From contig JALJEE010002436.1 in the NCBI GenBank assembly GCA_023231475.1, positions 248,001 to 312,000 of the forward strand: a stretch of DNA of 64,000 bases, given 5' to 3'. A program made the position numbers and the translations under genes. Below are positions 62,201 to 64,000 of the stretch, in pieces. The DNA is from Seison nebaliae (lineage: Eukaryota). Every line of letters begins with the position of its first letter. The first letter of the stretch is position 1. Under the pieces are notes generated by a model. The model saw only the letters and a program-made list of their open reading frames with translations, searched no databases and was not told the origin of the DNA.

Positions 62201-64000
62201 TTATGAATGTTCTATAAAGAATGTACAGAAAATTGCCAATGGTGGTCGTTATGTTTTCTGTTTGGAGAATGATCCGTCTGCCAAATTGATTAAATCAGAT
62301 GTACAAACTGAAATTCAGATTCAATTACTCATTACAGATAAACCGATAGAGATTGTGAAGAATTTAGAGAAAGAATATGAAGTGAATGAAGACGAAACAA
62401 TTCAATTGGAATTCGAATTATCTCATCCATTTGTCAATGTGAACTGGATGAAAAATAATGATGTTTTGAATAAGAATAATCGTTATCGTATCTCTAATAT
62501 TGATACGAAATATTTGTTGACAATACGCAATGCAACTGATAAGGATATTGGAACTTATAATCTAAAATTATCAGATGGCATTGGAGGATCGTTAGAAGAT
62601 TCATGTTCTCTAAAGGTTCTTCCCAAACTTCCGGAATGGACGATGAAATTGGAAGATGAATATGAAGTTTTCGTATTCGATTCTCTCAATCTCGATGTTG
62701 AGCTTAATCGTGAGAAAAATATAAAGTTCGAATGGATGATCGATGACGAATTGTTACTACCTAAATCGATTAAAGCAGACGAATTTGTAAAAGATTGCGA
62801 ATTGTCATATAACGGAAATCGAACACAGTTGAAAAATCGTCGAATTCAAATTAATAATTTTCCACCGGAAGAATTCATCGTATATCGTCTAACGGTGAAA
62901 GCAACACTTGTCAGTTTTCATTATCCGTCGATAACGAGTGAAACTCGACTAATTATTCGACAGCTACAACCGGCTTTTCTCAAACCGCTAAGATTGAAAC
63001 GAAAACATGGAAATATCATCGAAGAAGGTGAAGCGTTCGTACTCGAATGTAAAGTGAATAGAAAAGATGTCAATTTGAGATTGAAACAAATAATTGATAA
63101 AACCCTCGCGAAGTTACTCACACCTGGTGATGATGATCATTTTGTTGTGCAACGGGATGATGATGGATTGAAATGGATATTTAAATTATTTAATTCGAAA
63201 GCGACAGATGAAGGAAATTTCGTAGCGGAAATCGAAAATTATGAAGATATCAAAAGTCAATGTACGGTCGTAATTCAAGAAAGACCATTAGAATATGTTT
63301 GTCAACCAATTAGTGTATTAACGGTAATGGAAGATGATATTCTAAAAATTAAATTTGCAGTAAACAAACCGATCGATATTGAATCAATAGAATTATTTAA
63401 GAATGACGAAAAAATTAAAATTAATGAAAATAATGAAATAAACGATGAATTCTTCGTAACTTTCACTGATAATTTTCAAACGGTGGAACTAACCAAAAAA
63501 CCAGCATCGTTAGATGATGAAGCTGTTTATCGAGTGACTTGTGAGAAAATTAAATCGAAGAATTGCAAAGTTTCCGTTCAGGAATCATTACCGGTAATTT
63601 TACAAGAATTGTCCAATATCGAAATTGAGGAAGAACAGTCGATCGAATTAGAATGTGAATTAAATAAAATTTCTTCATTCAAACCAAAATGGACGATGGA
63701 TAATGTGGAAATTTTTCCTCATATCGACACGAGAGTTGAACAGAAAATTACGGAGAAAACATATACAATGAAAATAGACAAAGCTAAATTATCTGATGGT
63801 GGAAATTACAGTTTCATTTTATCAGATGGAAAATCATCAATACGATCGTCGTGTACTGTGAGTGTTAAAGAGAAACCTATAAAATTCACGAAAACTTTAA
63901 CTGATATCGAATTAACGGAAAATGAACAATTATTCGCCGATATTGAAGTGAGTGAAAGGAGAAATTGTCGTGTTGTCTTTCAAACTCAACTAACGAATAA
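44277..64000 (+). CDS. Giant multi-Ig (I-set) muscle protein, titin/twitchin/obscurin-like, multi-exon, 3' end beyond the right edge
   Basis: Dozens of I-set Ig domains (P.F...; G.P.P.V.W; D.G.Y...A.N..G) in ORFs 44277-45671, 45708-46004, 46053-46613, 46815-53228, 53593-55125, 55332-59354, 59766-60239 and 60323-60628, with E/K/P/V-rich linkers. A final exon from 60808 is open to the window end, so the ORF track omits it. Confidence 0.9.
55340..57200 (+). repeat. Coding tandem repeat, 501-bp (167-aa) unit, about 3.7 copies, each one Ig domain plus an acidic linker
   Basis: The anchor (tca/ttc)tggtattgcgaagga recurs at 55371, 55872, 56373 and 56874 (spacing 501). The protein repeats WYCEGAKIKPDENHEITFINDIA.LKITGDWKSHKNDFVLKAVNICGVTKYNIA four times. 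Confidence 0.95.

Overview
AT-rich, very gene-dense eukaryotic (animal) nuclear DNA with many short introns of about 45-65 nt. Nanos, a giant Ig-domain muscle protein, a calexcitin/SCP-like protein and a CNGK-like channel point to a compact-genome invertebrate. A spiralian such as a rotifer relative is plausible but cannot be shown from this window. Gene order left to right: a concatenated multi-repeat cyclic-nucleotide-gated channel (runs off the left edge), a secreted WSC + GHL10 (YddW/DigH/YngK-like) glycoside hydrolase, an orphan ORF, PPP1R11/Ypi1, an orphan secreted protein, a SIN1 ending after its CRIM domain, RMND5/GID2, TAF6, nanos, an inactive myotubularin, two microprotein candidates (one a spliced 39-aa Cys-rich peptide), a calexcitin/SCP EF-hand protein, a Nup214-like FG nucleoporin with no beta-propeller, PUS7, a tandem two-domain GH31 alpha-glucosidase with a degenerate second domain, CWC22, an orphan ORF, and a titin/twitchin/obscurin-like gene (runs off the right edge). 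The strongest window-wide signal is the intron grammar: 27 of 28 hand-reconstructed introns in six genes begin GTT rather than GTA/GTG, usually without +5 G, and several end in AAG. Exon boundaries were inferred by eye from reading-frame continuity and motif conservation. No database searches were run.
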